The notes beneath the pieces are model-generated. The model made no database searches, was not told where the DNA came from, and saw nothing but the letters and a program-made list of their open reading frames with translations. From a virus (taxonomy: Duplodnaviria > Caudoviricetes), in IMG/VR virus record IMGVR_UViG_3300037453_000168, positions 14,932 to 78,931 of that record: 64,000 nt of DNA, one strand, 5' to 3'. Numbering within the stretch: position 1 is the first letter of the stretch; every line of letters starts with the position of its first letter. Below, one piece after another: positions 45,426-54,087 of this stretch. Made by a program: the position numbers and the translations under genes.

Positions 45426-45730
45426 TGTACGAGAAATGCTTGGAATGGGCGGAGCATCACGGATTCGACCAAGTGGAATTGTTCCGTCGCACGATTGCCA
45501 ACACCGAGACAAAGGACAATCAATCCGATACGTCCCCCGTCGTTCCTAAGTCGGTTCGGGACGATGAACATATATCCATACCGACCGATAAGAAGAAATC
45601 GCCCAGGAACGATTTGATAACGACCTCCGACGATATGCTCAGGATACTGTTGAAGACCTCGCATAGAAACTCGGAGATATATGCAAGAGCGGTGGCGGAG
45701 ATTAAATGGAGAGGACTGGAACGAATATAA
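45332..45730 (+). CDS. Hypothetical protein
   Basis: GGAGAGGGTG upstream of ATG 45332. Confidence 0.55.
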   Translation: MPTHVVRYSCKDSSRQEFRTLESRYYSNSKVMYEKCLEWAEHHGFDQVELFRRTIANTETKDNQSDTSPVVPKSVRDDEHISIPTDKKKSPRNDLITTSDDMLRILLKTSHRNSEIYARAVAEIKWRGLERI

Positions 45731-45738
45731 TCCGTGTG

Positions 45739-45840
45739 ATGATTGAACATGAGATATTCTGGGAGTCCATACTTCCAGACGTCATGTAGGCAATCGAACT
45801 CAATCAGGTTTGGAACGACATACGCAGAGAACGTTTTTAA
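45739..45840 (+). CDS. Possible 33-aa microprotein with internal TAG 45787
   Basis: Fills the gap between genes only if TAG is read as sense. Confidence 0.3.
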
Positions 45841-45861
45841 GGGCAATCAAACCTATCGGTC

Positions 45862-46716
45862 ATGGGAAGGAGCATGACCGATATATTCCATTCATTCTTG
45901 AAGACGGTAGGCGGTGGAGAGGGGGACAGATGCCTGTACCCCACGAGATTGGACGTATATGGCAAGGGCTGTCAGCATAACTGCGCCTATTGCTATGCCC
46001 AATCCTTATTGGATTTCAGAGGCAATTGGAATCCAGAAGACCCCTCCGTCGCCGATAAGGATGATGTATCGAAAGCATTGGATTCTATCGAGAAGGGTAC
46101 GATACTTCGCCTTGGAGGTCTTACAGACCCGTTCCAGCCATGCGAGGACAGGCATCACATGAATCGTTGGCTCATACAGGAATTGAACGACAGGGGTATA
46201 GGATACCTCATCGTCACCAAGGGTGCGAACATCCTCGAGAAGAACATGGACGTATTGGATACTGGATTATGCCATGTGCAGATTTCATACACTCATTCCG
46301 ATGGCATGGCACCGCCTGATTTCGAGAACGCATCCCCTCCGCATGACCGTATAAGAGTGGGCGAGATATTGCAGGACAACGGATTCGACATAGCCCTCCG
46401 CCTGTCCCCGTATATGCCACAGTATATAGATATGGATAGAATCAGAGATTGCAGGATTGATAAGATTCTCGTCGAGTTCCTGAGAGCGAATGCTATGATT
46501 AGGAAGAAGATGCCGTATTACGATTTCACGGCATGGAACCGTAAACAGGACGGCTATCAGCAATTATCCCTGTCCGCTAAGAAGATGCTGTTGAGACCGT
46601 TGCTATCCACGGGAAAGAGGATTTCCGTATGCGAGGATTACACCCCTCATTATCTATGGTTCAAGGAAAATGTGAACTTCGATAAGGATGATTGCTGTAT
46701 GCTGAGGAAACCGTAA
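45862..46716 (+). CDS. Spore-photoproduct-lyase-like radical SAM protein
   Basis: LDVYGKGCQHNCAYCYA, GGLTDPFQPCE, LIVTKG. Confidence 0.8.
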   Translation: MGRSMTDIFHSFLKTVGGGEGDRCLYPTRLDVYGKGCQHNCAYCYAQSLLDFRGNWNPEDPSVADKDDVSKALDSIEKGTILRLGGLTDPFQPCEDRHHMNRWLIQELNDRGIGYLIVTKGANILEKNMDVLDTGLCHVQISYTHSDGMAPPDFENASPPHDRIRVGEILQDNGFDIALRLSPYMPQYIDMDRIRDCRIDKILVEFLRANAMIRKKMPYYDFTAWNRKQDGYQQLSLSAKKMLLRPLLSTGKRISVCEDYTPHYLWFKENVNFDKDDCCMLRKP

Positions 46717-46731
46717 TGGATTTAGTATATT

Positions 46732-46801
46732 GAATAATATATTTTATATACATACATTTGTTATTCAATTCTGTAAACCGATGGGTTTACAGGCGTGAAT
46801 G
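46732..46801 (+). promoter_or_regulatory. Promoter + leader hairpin + SD module, copy 4
   Basis: GAATAATATATTTTATATAC...TTGTTATTCAATT-CTGTAAACC-GATG-GGTTTACAG-GCGTGAATG. Confidence 0.8.
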
Positions 46802-47191
46802 GAAATGGGCAACTACGAAGTAGTACAAGCGACGGACAAGGACTTGGATTTCTTTTACGAGGATTGGTCGTTGACCGTCGAGGGTCTTAGCACCGAACAG
46901 GAATCTCTGGACGATTATTACGACGTCCTCTCGGAATTTACCGCACTCAAACCAGATTTCAAGTTCTTCGTCATCGAGGGATGGCTGATGAATCTGAAAT
47001 ACGGACTGACTGGAACGAACGCCTATCCCGACCACTGCCATATCGTGGTCGCACCCAACGGGCAGTTCGAGGATATCGGCAAGGTCGCCATCCCGAGGTT
47101 CGCTTGGGGTGGCAGATGGTTCAATGATATCGTTGACAACAATGCGGTACGTCAGAGGGAGATTAGGGGATGGGTATATGGCGAGTGTTGA
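46799..47191 (+). CDS. Hypothetical protein
   Basis: First gene after module 4. Confidence 0.6.
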   Translation: MEMGNYEVVQATDKDLDFFYEDWSLTVEGLSTEQESLDDYYDVLSEFTALKPDFKFFVIEGWLMNLKYGLTGTNAYPDHCHIVVAPNGQFEDIGKVAIPRFAWGGRWFNDIVDNNAVRQREIRGWVYGEC

Positions 47192-47366
47192 CCAGATTCG
47201 CCAATGGATGGAAATCATCGGATTATCTGTGGGATGGTATCGTGACAGACTCGAAGAGTGGGATGACCACCCCCAATCCGAGGTCATCTGGGAGGACTTG
47301 GCCGAACAGACGGAACTCAATCACATAGAAACGATTGAGGATTTCATAGGATTCATGGAGAACTAA
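47178..47366 (+). CDS. Small acidic hypothetical protein
   Basis: MASVDQIRQW... Confidence 0.5.
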   Translation: MASVDQIRQWMEIIGLSVGWYRDRLEEWDDHPQSEVIWEDLAEQTELNHIETIEDFIGFMEN

Positions 47367-47373
47367 GGAGAGA

Positions 47374-47568
47374 TTGGAAATGACAGATGTGGAAACGGTC
47401 AAGGGGTGGGTTCATACGCTCGCCCACGGACAGGGTTCATACGGGCGTATGCTCGCCAGTATAGAGGAATCGGAGAATCCCGACGGTATGTGGCAAAATC
47501 TGACCGATGCAGTCAACGGTTCGGGAGTGACGGATATCGTCGGATTCGTGATGCTCATAGAGGGATGA
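47374..47568 (+). CDS. Small hypothetical protein
   Basis: AAGGAG upstream. Confidence 0.5.
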   Translation: MEMTDVETVKGWVHTLAHGQGSYGRMLASIEESENPDGMWQNLTDAVNGSGVTDIVGFVMLIEG

Positions 47569-47705
47569 ATATGGAGATAGAGATAAGGGTGCATTGCAAT
47601 GAGTTTCCTGATGACGGCGACCCCGACTATGACCGCATCACGAGGGAGTGCATAGAGCGTGCAGTAGCCAACGGAGATTGGGAAGAAATCGGAGATGATG
47701 AATGA
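47565..47705 (+). CDS. Microprotein
   Basis: ATGA coupling at both ends. Confidence 0.45.
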   Translation: MNMEIEIRVHCNEFPDDGDPDYDRITRECIERAVANGDWEEIGDDE

Positions 47706-48022
47706 TGGACCTTGATGAGTTAGCAGGGAAGATAGGCGTAAGCATAATGACGCAGGATGATGTGAACGAACTGATAGATAAGACGTTCGCTCTCGGCACC
47801 GTCATAGCGACCATCCGCACGACATACGTCATAGCAGTCAATTCGCTGTCGGAGATGGTGGATGACATGAAGGAGAAGGGATTCCCCCAGGATGCAATCG
47901 AGACCGTGGAGAGGGATATCAAGGCATTGCGCAGGAGCAAGAACGAAGTCCTGGATGCCGTAATGGAGCATGAATCAGGAAGAAAGAACGATGAGGAATA
48001 CAAGATAGTGGAGGATGAGTGA
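47702..48022 (+). CDS. Helical hypothetical protein
   Basis: ORF track; ATGA overlap. Confidence 0.55.
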   Translation: MMDLDELAGKIGVSIMTQDDVNELIDKTFALGTVIATIRTTYVIAVNSLSEMVDDMKEKGFPQDAIETVERDIKALRRSKNEVLDAVMEHESGRKNDEEYKIVEDE

Positions 48023-48769
48023 ATGGGGAACAGAGGAGTAATCTGCACGAGAGAGGCATTCGAGAACAACGGCATAGGAATCTACGGTCATTGGCAGATG
48101 GGCATGGATTCGATAAAGCCGATGTTCGCATACATGAAACTGAGGAACATATCTGGTCCGAGGGAGGGGGAGAACAGCGAATACAGTAAAACGACGGGAT
48201 ACGCCGATTTCGTATGGATATTCGGCAATTTCGCCAACTCCGCTGGATATTCCAACTTCTCGATAGACTGTATCGGCAATCTCGATTGCGATAACTACGA
48301 CAACGGGGTCTACATCATAGACGAGGATTGGAACATCATGGGCAGGGAGCATTTCGATGGAGAAGAACAGGACAGCTACGACTTCAAGGAGTTCATATAT
48401 GCTCTGGACGATGCACAGCCAGAATACTATCGCCTTGGGCATGATATGATAGACGATTTGCTCATATCCAATGCCAACATAGACTATGTATCTTCCCAAT
48501 ACTATTATACGATGAGCATACAGAAGGGGAAGGTCAAGGCATTCCCCGAACGTTTTGAAACGACGGTCAATATGTTCGGCAGAATCTCACATATACGCAT
48601 AGAGGAACGCAAGACCGCAGACGGATTCGTATATCTCAACGGTTCGGAGAATCGCAACGGGGGAAGAATACCCTGTTCTTGGAGGGTCTATCGTTGGAGG
48701 GACGGCTCGGAGTCGATAGTCGTATCGGACGGCAAGGATAGCAGGGTCATCCATTCGTCGGATATCTGA
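48023..48769 (+). CDS. Hypothetical protein
   Basis: MGNRGVI...IYGHW...DNYDNGVYII; 248 aa. Confidence 0.65.
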   Translation: MGNRGVICTREAFENNGIGIYGHWQMGMDSIKPMFAYMKLRNISGPREGENSEYSKTTGYADFVWIFGNFANSAGYSNFSIDCIGNLDCDNYDNGVYIIDEDWNIMGREHFDGEEQDSYDFKEFIYALDDAQPEYYRLGHDMIDDLLISNANIDYVSSQYYYTMSIQKGKVKAFPERFETTVNMFGRISHIRIEERKTADGFVYLNGSENRNGGRIPCSWRVYRWRDGSESIVVSDGKDSRVIHSSDI

Positions 48770-48829
48770 AATGATTTAAAATCCGAGGGCGATTGGGATA
48801 CATCGTCCTCGGACTATGGAAGGGATGGG

Positions 48830-49087
48830 ATGATTTGTCAGACTTGCATATACTGTGCCGATACGGTCAATTCTTGGAGATACTGCTTTAAGGATACCGA
48901 ACCCGTCTGGGTCGGTCATCTGTCGGAGGAACGTAAGAACAGATGCCCGTTCTATCGTGAGTCCTCGATACCCTCGTATCGCAAATCGTCGGTTCAGGTA
49001 TGTCCGAATTGCGGTAGAATCGCTTGTGAATTGAGGAAAGGCGATGGGCATATATGGTTCTGTGAGTTCTGTGGTTATACGGAATAA
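48830..49087 (+). CDS. Cys-rich zinc-ribbon protein
   Basis: CQTCIYC...CPNCG...CEFCG. Confidence 0.6.
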   Translation: MICQTCIYCADTVNSWRYCFKDTEPVWVGHLSEERKNRCPFYRESSIPSYRKSSVQVCPNCGRIACELRKGDGHIWFCEFCGYTE

Positions 49088-49101
49088 TATAAATTATATA
49101 C
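49082..49101 (+). promoter_or_regulatory. Early-class promoter
   Basis: GAATAATATAAATTATATAC; GGAGTGA SD before 49145. Confidence 0.65.
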
Positions 49102-49144
49102 TTCAAAGAGAATATACAATCAAACAAATTCGGAGTGAATCGAA

Positions 49145-49633
49145 ATGAGTGGCACGAAAGAGGTCTGTTGGAGTTGTCAGGGCGAATACCAAGCCCACGA
49201 TAGGATTGTGAACGGATACAGGGTGTCCGTAGGCTGGTGTCCCGAATGCAATCAGGCAAGGCTCGTATGGGAGGACAAGGCATACGAGGACCCGAACATG
49301 GATGTTGATTCGGAATCCGCTGTAATCGGCAAGGAACTATACGATAGGATGTATAATTCCAAGCCGTTCTATGATTACAGGCTTATAGACGTACCTACAT
49401 CCGACTGTCGCCAATGCATACATGCGTACAAGGGCGAGAAGGGAATCGTCTGCCGTTACGGAAAGCCTGTGGTCATAAGGAAATGGAAGGACGTATGCGA
49501 GGATTACAAATCGCATCATATATGGGCATTCGAGAGGACTGGATACAAGGTCTGTCCCAAATGCGGTCATGATGCATTCATCATGAAGAAAAGGACAAAA
49601 TGCTACGAATGTGGATGGGTAGAGTCCGAATGA
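49145..49633 (+). CDS. Multi-zinc-finger protein
   Basis: CWSC..CPEC..CRQC..CPKCG..CYECG. Confidence 0.65.
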   Translation: MSGTKEVCWSCQGEYQAHDRIVNGYRVSVGWCPECNQARLVWEDKAYEDPNMDVDSESAVIGKELYDRMYNSKPFYDYRLIDVPTSDCRQCIHAYKGEKGIVCRYGKPVVIRKWKDVCEDYKSHHIWAFERTGYKVCPKCGHDAFIMKKRTKCYECGWVESE

Positions 49634-49701
49634 CTCTCATTCGTTTCTCCTTAAACCTTTTATCAAACCTCTTTTTTATATCCCCGATTCGATAGCGTAG
49701 C

Positions 49702-50028
49702 ATGAACAGTATTTTCAAGGATGCGGTCAAGAGAGCGATTAAGCAGAACATATCCTCTCCTACCAAGTTCGAGCTTATCTCGGTCAGAGGATTCCGCATA
49801 AACAAGGATTCCCATGATTTCCGTGCCATCATCATGCACAAGCCCGATTCGGACGGATGCAACACCACGGTGTATGACATACGTTTGATGGATGACGGTT
49901 CGTCCATGGACGCCTATTATATGGCGAAAGCCCGTGTGAACAACGGTGTCATAGAGCATATCGTAATTGAGAACCGTAAAGAGGACAGGGAATTCTTCTT
50001 AGAGATTGTTCAGGATGCATTTCAGTAA
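49702..50028 (+). CDS. Hypothetical protein
   Basis: ORF track, 108 aa. Confidence 0.55.
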   Translation: MNSIFKDAVKRAIKQNISSPTKFELISVRGFRINKDSHDFRAIIMHKPDSDGCNTTVYDIRLMDDGSSMDAYYMAKARVNNGVIEHIVIENRKEDREFFLEIVQDAFQ

Positions 50029-50042
50029 GCCTATATAATCCG

Positions 50043-51236
50043 ATGGGGTACAATCTTCCGATGACCATGACTATCAATGAGCAGATAAACGCAGATGTAT
50101 CTGTAATCGAGCACATCGTGCTGTCTACGGATACGACGGAGAACGTCGTCATCCCCAACGGCAAGAATGTGACGATAGACCTTAACGGGCATACGTTGCA
50201 GAACGATACCACGGGCGATAAGAATGAATATACGATAACCAATCTGGGGTCGCTCAGAATCGTGGATAGCATAGGCGGAGGGAACGTCTATAACGCTGGA
50301 ACGAAGAACAAGGGATGCCTTGTGAATCTCAAAGGCGGTAATGTCGTAATCGACAAGGGGAGGTTCTGGACGGATGCGCCCCGTACAACGGGCGCATGGT
50401 ACTATATCGTCAACATGGGTCAGAGCATGATTATCAACGATGCGGAAGTCCCTGGTGTCGCACCCAACGCATCCACGGTGCGCAACGGATTCTATACCGA
50501 CCAAGAGAGGGCGGAGAACTACGTCGAGGGGCATTACCCCGCACTCATAATCAACGGAGGAACCTTCACAGGACAACTGATTCCTGTCAAGAACGACGAG
50601 GGCGGATATCTGGAAATCAACGGGGGAAGATTCGAGGGTCCTTCGGAGTCCGTTCTGAATTGGAACGTGGCGAGAATCACGGGCGGTACCTTCATAGCAC
50701 CCGACAACAAGTATGTGATTTACTCGGGAGCATACACCACGGACATATCCGAGGGTAAATTGGATATATCTGGCGGTACGTTCACGGGCGGTTCGGGAAT
50801 CTACGACCTCACACCGCAGTACGCACCAGACAAGTCCGATACCGCATATAATTACATCACGGGCGGAAAGTGGGAGGTCGCCAACAAGTATACCGTCACG
50901 GAGTTCATCAAGCCTGGGTACGAGTACGAGATGGACGAAGAAGGCAACATCATCATACAGAAGGAACTGGAATGGACGTTCCCCGAGGGCGGTAGCATGG
51001 CTCTCGGAATGGTCGGCAATTCCCGTGTATATGTGCATAACGACTCCGTGGAATACGAGGAAGGGGGTTTCGATGTGCCTGTAAGGGGGTTCACACCCAA
51101 GATTGTCCTCGCCACGGCACAGGGCGGATGCGACGGATACTACAACTCCAAGACCAAGAAGATTCAGCTATTCAGGAACGGGGTCGAAATTTCCGAAAGA
51201 TTATATGATGTTACCCTTCTAATGTTCGGTAACTGA
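50043..51236 (+). CDS. Beta-helix adhesin-like protein, possibly a capsid decoration/receptor-binding fusion
   Basis: VTIDLNGHTL and repeated IxGGxF turns; compact C-terminal domain GGCDGYYNSKTKKIQLF. Confidence 0.55.
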   Translation: MGYNLPMTMTINEQINADVSVIEHIVLSTDTTENVVIPNGKNVTIDLNGHTLQNDTTGDKNEYTITNLGSLRIVDSIGGGNVYNAGTKNKGCLVNLKGGNVVIDKGRFWTDAPRTTGAWYYIVNMGQSMIINDAEVPGVAPNASTVRNGFYTDQERAENYVEGHYPALIINGGTFTGQLIPVKNDEGGYLEINGGRFEGPSESVLNWNVARITGGTFIAPDNKYVIYSGAYTTDISEGKLDISGGTFTGGSGIYDLTPQYAPDKSDTAYNYITGGKWEVANKYTVTEFIKPGYEYEMDEEGNIIIQKELEWTFPEGGSMALGMVGNSRVYVHNDSVEYEEGGFDVPVRGFTPKIVLATAQGGCDGYYNSKTKKIQLFRNGVEISERLYDVTLLMFGN

Positions 51237-51245
51237 GGTGTTTGA

Positions 51246-51569
51246 ATGGAATTCGACATTTGGACAATCGTGTGCGTTGCAGTGGCTCTGCTGATTGGTT
51301 TCGGTATCTGCTATCTCTATAACAGATACAACAAGGAGGCCGTCAACAAGGTCTATACGACGCTCAAAACGATGATGAACCTCTATGGTCCTACCTTGGA
51401 GAAGGAGAACCCCGAACTCTATGCAGAGGTGGTTTCTGCAATGGCGACTATGGAACAGGCCATGTCCGACGAGAAGATTTCGTTGGAGGAGGCCTTCGAC
51501 ATAGCACAGAAGATGCTACCTCTAATCAAGAGACTGGAGAAGTTCGTCAAAGAGAAGTATGAGGCTTGA
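51246..51569 (+). CDS. Small membrane-anchored protein
   Basis: N-terminal TM IVCVAVALLIGFGICYLY. Confidence 0.55.
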   Translation: MEFDIWTIVCVAVALLIGFGICYLYNRYNKEAVNKVYTTLKTMMNLYGPTLEKENPELYAEVVSAMATMEQAMSDEKISLEEAFDIAQKMLPLIKRLEKFVKEKYEA

Positions 51570-51725
51570 ACATGGCACCCAATGTCCGTGAGAACGATTC
51601 GGGTCAGCCCGAAGAGTTCTGAATCCGAGGTACAGTCCTCGGATGCCTTAAAACCCCTTAATTCTGATTCTTCATATCGAAAACACGGCATACCCACCTT
51701 TTTCCACGACGGATGTGAGTTTATA

Positions 51726-51745
51726 GAATAATACAAATTATATAC
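51726..51745 (+). promoter_or_regulatory. Early-class promoter
   Basis: GAATAATACAAATTATATAC; GGAGTGA SD downstream. Confidence 0.65.
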
Positions 51746-51780
51746 TTTCATATATTATACATCCTTAAACATATTCGGGA

Positions 51781-52041
51781 GTGAATCGAATGGAAAAGAC
51801 AGAATTCGACAAAAAAATCAAGAATTTCGATTATGCGCTGAACGAACTCTGTGACGCATCGCATCATATCTTCGAGGCCCATTGTTTCTTGGAATACACA
51901 AGGGACGATAAAGCCGAGACCCTATCGGAGATTCTCAGATACCAGTCGATTATGATTGATGCGCAGATAAAGATGGTCAAGGACCAGAGGGAATCGTTCT
52001 ATTCGGAGAACTACGACAGATCGTGGGAGGAATCGGAATGA
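51781..52041 (+). CDS. Helical hypothetical protein
   Basis: After promoter 51726. Confidence 0.55.
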   Translation: MNRMEKTEFDKKIKNFDYALNELCDASHHIFEAHCFLEYTRDDKAETLSEILRYQSIMIDAQIKMVKDQRESFYSENYDRSWEESE

Positions 52042-52424
52042 CCAGACCTCACCCAGACTTCGTTAAGGTCATCGAGACCGAGAATGCGGTGGTCGCAATC
52101 GACTCTGCCCTTCTCTCCGACCCTGTACGCACGGCGAATGCGCTGGATGCCCTCAACAAGCAGATTCAGGAGAAGATTCGGGATATTTCTTACGAGTATC
52201 ATCGCAGATTCCCCCCGTTCGTCATCGACAACGGCGAAATCGGAGACCAGGATGGCAGGACCAGAGGACAGGTCTACTATGTCCAGCAATATGGGGCTTA
52301 TGAAGGCTACTATGTGCCTGAGGGATACCCCATAGTGGACCGTGTGAGAGCCGTATCCGACAAAGATTTCGAGACCTGCATAGAGAAACTGTGCGATTTC
52401 ATCAAGAAGACGGACGGGATATGA
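52038..52424 (+). CDS. Hypothetical protein
   Basis: ATGA overlap. Confidence 0.55.
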   Translation: MTRPHPDFVKVIETENAVVAIDSALLSDPVRTANALDALNKQIQEKIRDISYEYHRRFPPFVIDNGEIGDQDGRTRGQVYYVQQYGAYEGYYVPEGYPIVDRVRAVSDKDFETCIEKLCDFIKKTDGI

Positions 52425-52433
52425 AAGGGAGGA

Positions 52434-52655
52434 ATGAAGATGACCGAGATAGAAAGGACTTTTGAAGACGCCCGTATCCAGTTCAGGGATGCGATTGACA
52501 ACGCAAGGATGGTCAGAACGAAACTCATAGAGGAATCCGAGAACTACCCTGTACTCGGCTATCTCGCATCCGTCATGGAGGATATGATTCTCGATGCGGA
52601 GTCGTTCTACGAGTATTCCATCAAGGAGCATAACCGCAGAATGGAATCAGAGTGA
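52434..52655 (+). CDS. Helical hypothetical protein
   Basis: GGGAGGA upstream. Confidence 0.55.
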   Translation: MKMTEIERTFEDARIQFRDAIDNARMVRTKLIEESENYPVLGYLASVMEDMILDAESFYEYSIKEHNRRMESE

Positions 52656-52696
52656 TTTTAAAAACCCTAATAAACCACTTACTTCATTTTCGTTGT

Positions 52697-53515
52697 ATGG
52701 CGGAATCATTGGACGGCTCTATCGTAACCACATACTGTGAACCGATGGATATTATTCGGGCGATTAGGCTGGTCGATTATTACAGTATGGACGGCAACCT
52801 TCTCCAGCCATCCGATGCATCGCTCCCAGATTGGGACGAGCTATGTTTCCGTATAACGGTCGCTGAGAGATTCATAGACCGTTATACAGGCAGGTCTTGG
52901 AGGGAGAACCGTGTCAAGGACGAGGTATTCGACATAAACACCTACTGGCATGACGAGAATTCCAGACGTTACGAGTATTGGATACAGGGCGGATACAACG
53001 TGCAGTTGAACCGCAACGTGCTTCCGTTCGATACATCCAAAGGCGACAGGATAGAGATTCGCACTCTGTCGAACCAATGGATTGACATTTCTCCTTATTA
53101 CAATCTCACGACCGACATGCCACTCGAATCCCTCGGTTGCTTGGACGAACCAGAGCATCAGCCAGACAGGGCGCACCCTAATCTGAGACATACCGTCCCG
53201 TATGGAAGGTTCTGGATTGACAACAATCAGGGCCTGCTGTTCGTGAGATTGGGCTATTTCCAACCGAAACAGAACGCATTGCGCATAACGTACCGTTGGG
53301 GGAACGTGGGTGAGGTACCGCCCGACATAAAGAGGGCGACAGCCTTGAAGGTCGGATTGACGTTATTGAACGAGGAACTCTACATGACCAAGATTGGAAT
53401 GGGTGGCGATTTGGGTTCCAACAAATCGGATTTGAAACGTGCCATGCAGGATGAAATCAACGAAATCATCTATGCGAACCGCACGTTCACGCCGATGTAC
53501 TCCGCATACGATTGA
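52697..53515 (+). CDS. Head-tail adaptor/connector protein
   Basis: AERFIDRYTGR...ITYRWG...VPPDIKRA pattern. Confidence 0.7.
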   Translation: MAESLDGSIVTTYCEPMDIIRAIRLVDYYSMDGNLLQPSDASLPDWDELCFRITVAERFIDRYTGRSWRENRVKDEVFDINTYWHDENSRRYEYWIQGGYNVQLNRNVLPFDTSKGDRIEIRTLSNQWIDISPYYNLTTDMPLESLGCLDEPEHQPDRAHPNLRHTVPYGRFWIDNNQGLLFVRLGYFQPKQNALRITYRWGNVGEVPPDIKRATALKVGLTLLNEELYMTKIGMGGDLGSNKSDLKRAMQDEINEIIYANRTFTPMYSAYD

Positions 53516-53519
53516 TACC

Positions 53520-54047
53520 ATGCCCAACACACAGACCGAGCCAGATGCCGATTGGATGAATCCAGAGGTCTATTACACCGATGACGTGTTCATGGTCAGG
53601 AAACTCCTTGAAGACAACTGGTCGTATGAGGAATCCAGACCGAGGTTCTATCATGACCAGAACCAGCTTGCCCGTGAGAACAACCCTGGCTCGATATACG
53701 TCTATACGCTCGGAAAGAACATCCAGAAGGTGGGAATCAACTACGACGGTCAGAAATGGACTCACAGAATCTGCATAGACGTACAGAACCCCGTGAACAG
53801 GAAACGTCATTACGATTGGATGAACGAGGTCCACAGGATATGTAGCGAATACAGGAGGGCTGGCCGTGGTCAGTTGGGCGGTTGGGACTATCTGGAACTA
53901 TCCAACGAGACGTTCAAGCACAACTATACCTCGTATTATCACGATACAATAGAGATTTCTCTGGTAAGGGAGGTAAAGCCGTTCAAGCACTCTGGATTCG
54001 GCAAGGGTCTTGATACTTGGTGCGGAAAAAGATGCGAATTAGAATAA
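53520..54047 (+). CDS. Probable tail terminator/completion protein
   Basis: Position between adaptor and tube; 175 aa. Confidence 0.5.
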   Translation: MPNTQTEPDADWMNPEVYYTDDVFMVRKLLEDNWSYEESRPRFYHDQNQLARENNPGSIYVYTLGKNIQKVGINYDGQKWTHRICIDVQNPVNRKRHYDWMNEVHRICSEYRRAGRGQLGGWDYLELSNETFKHNYTSYYHDTIEISLVREVKPFKHSGFGKGLDTWCGKRCELE

Positions 54048-54087
54048 TCTTAAATCAAACAGACGATATGAAAGGAGCAGTGCTAAC

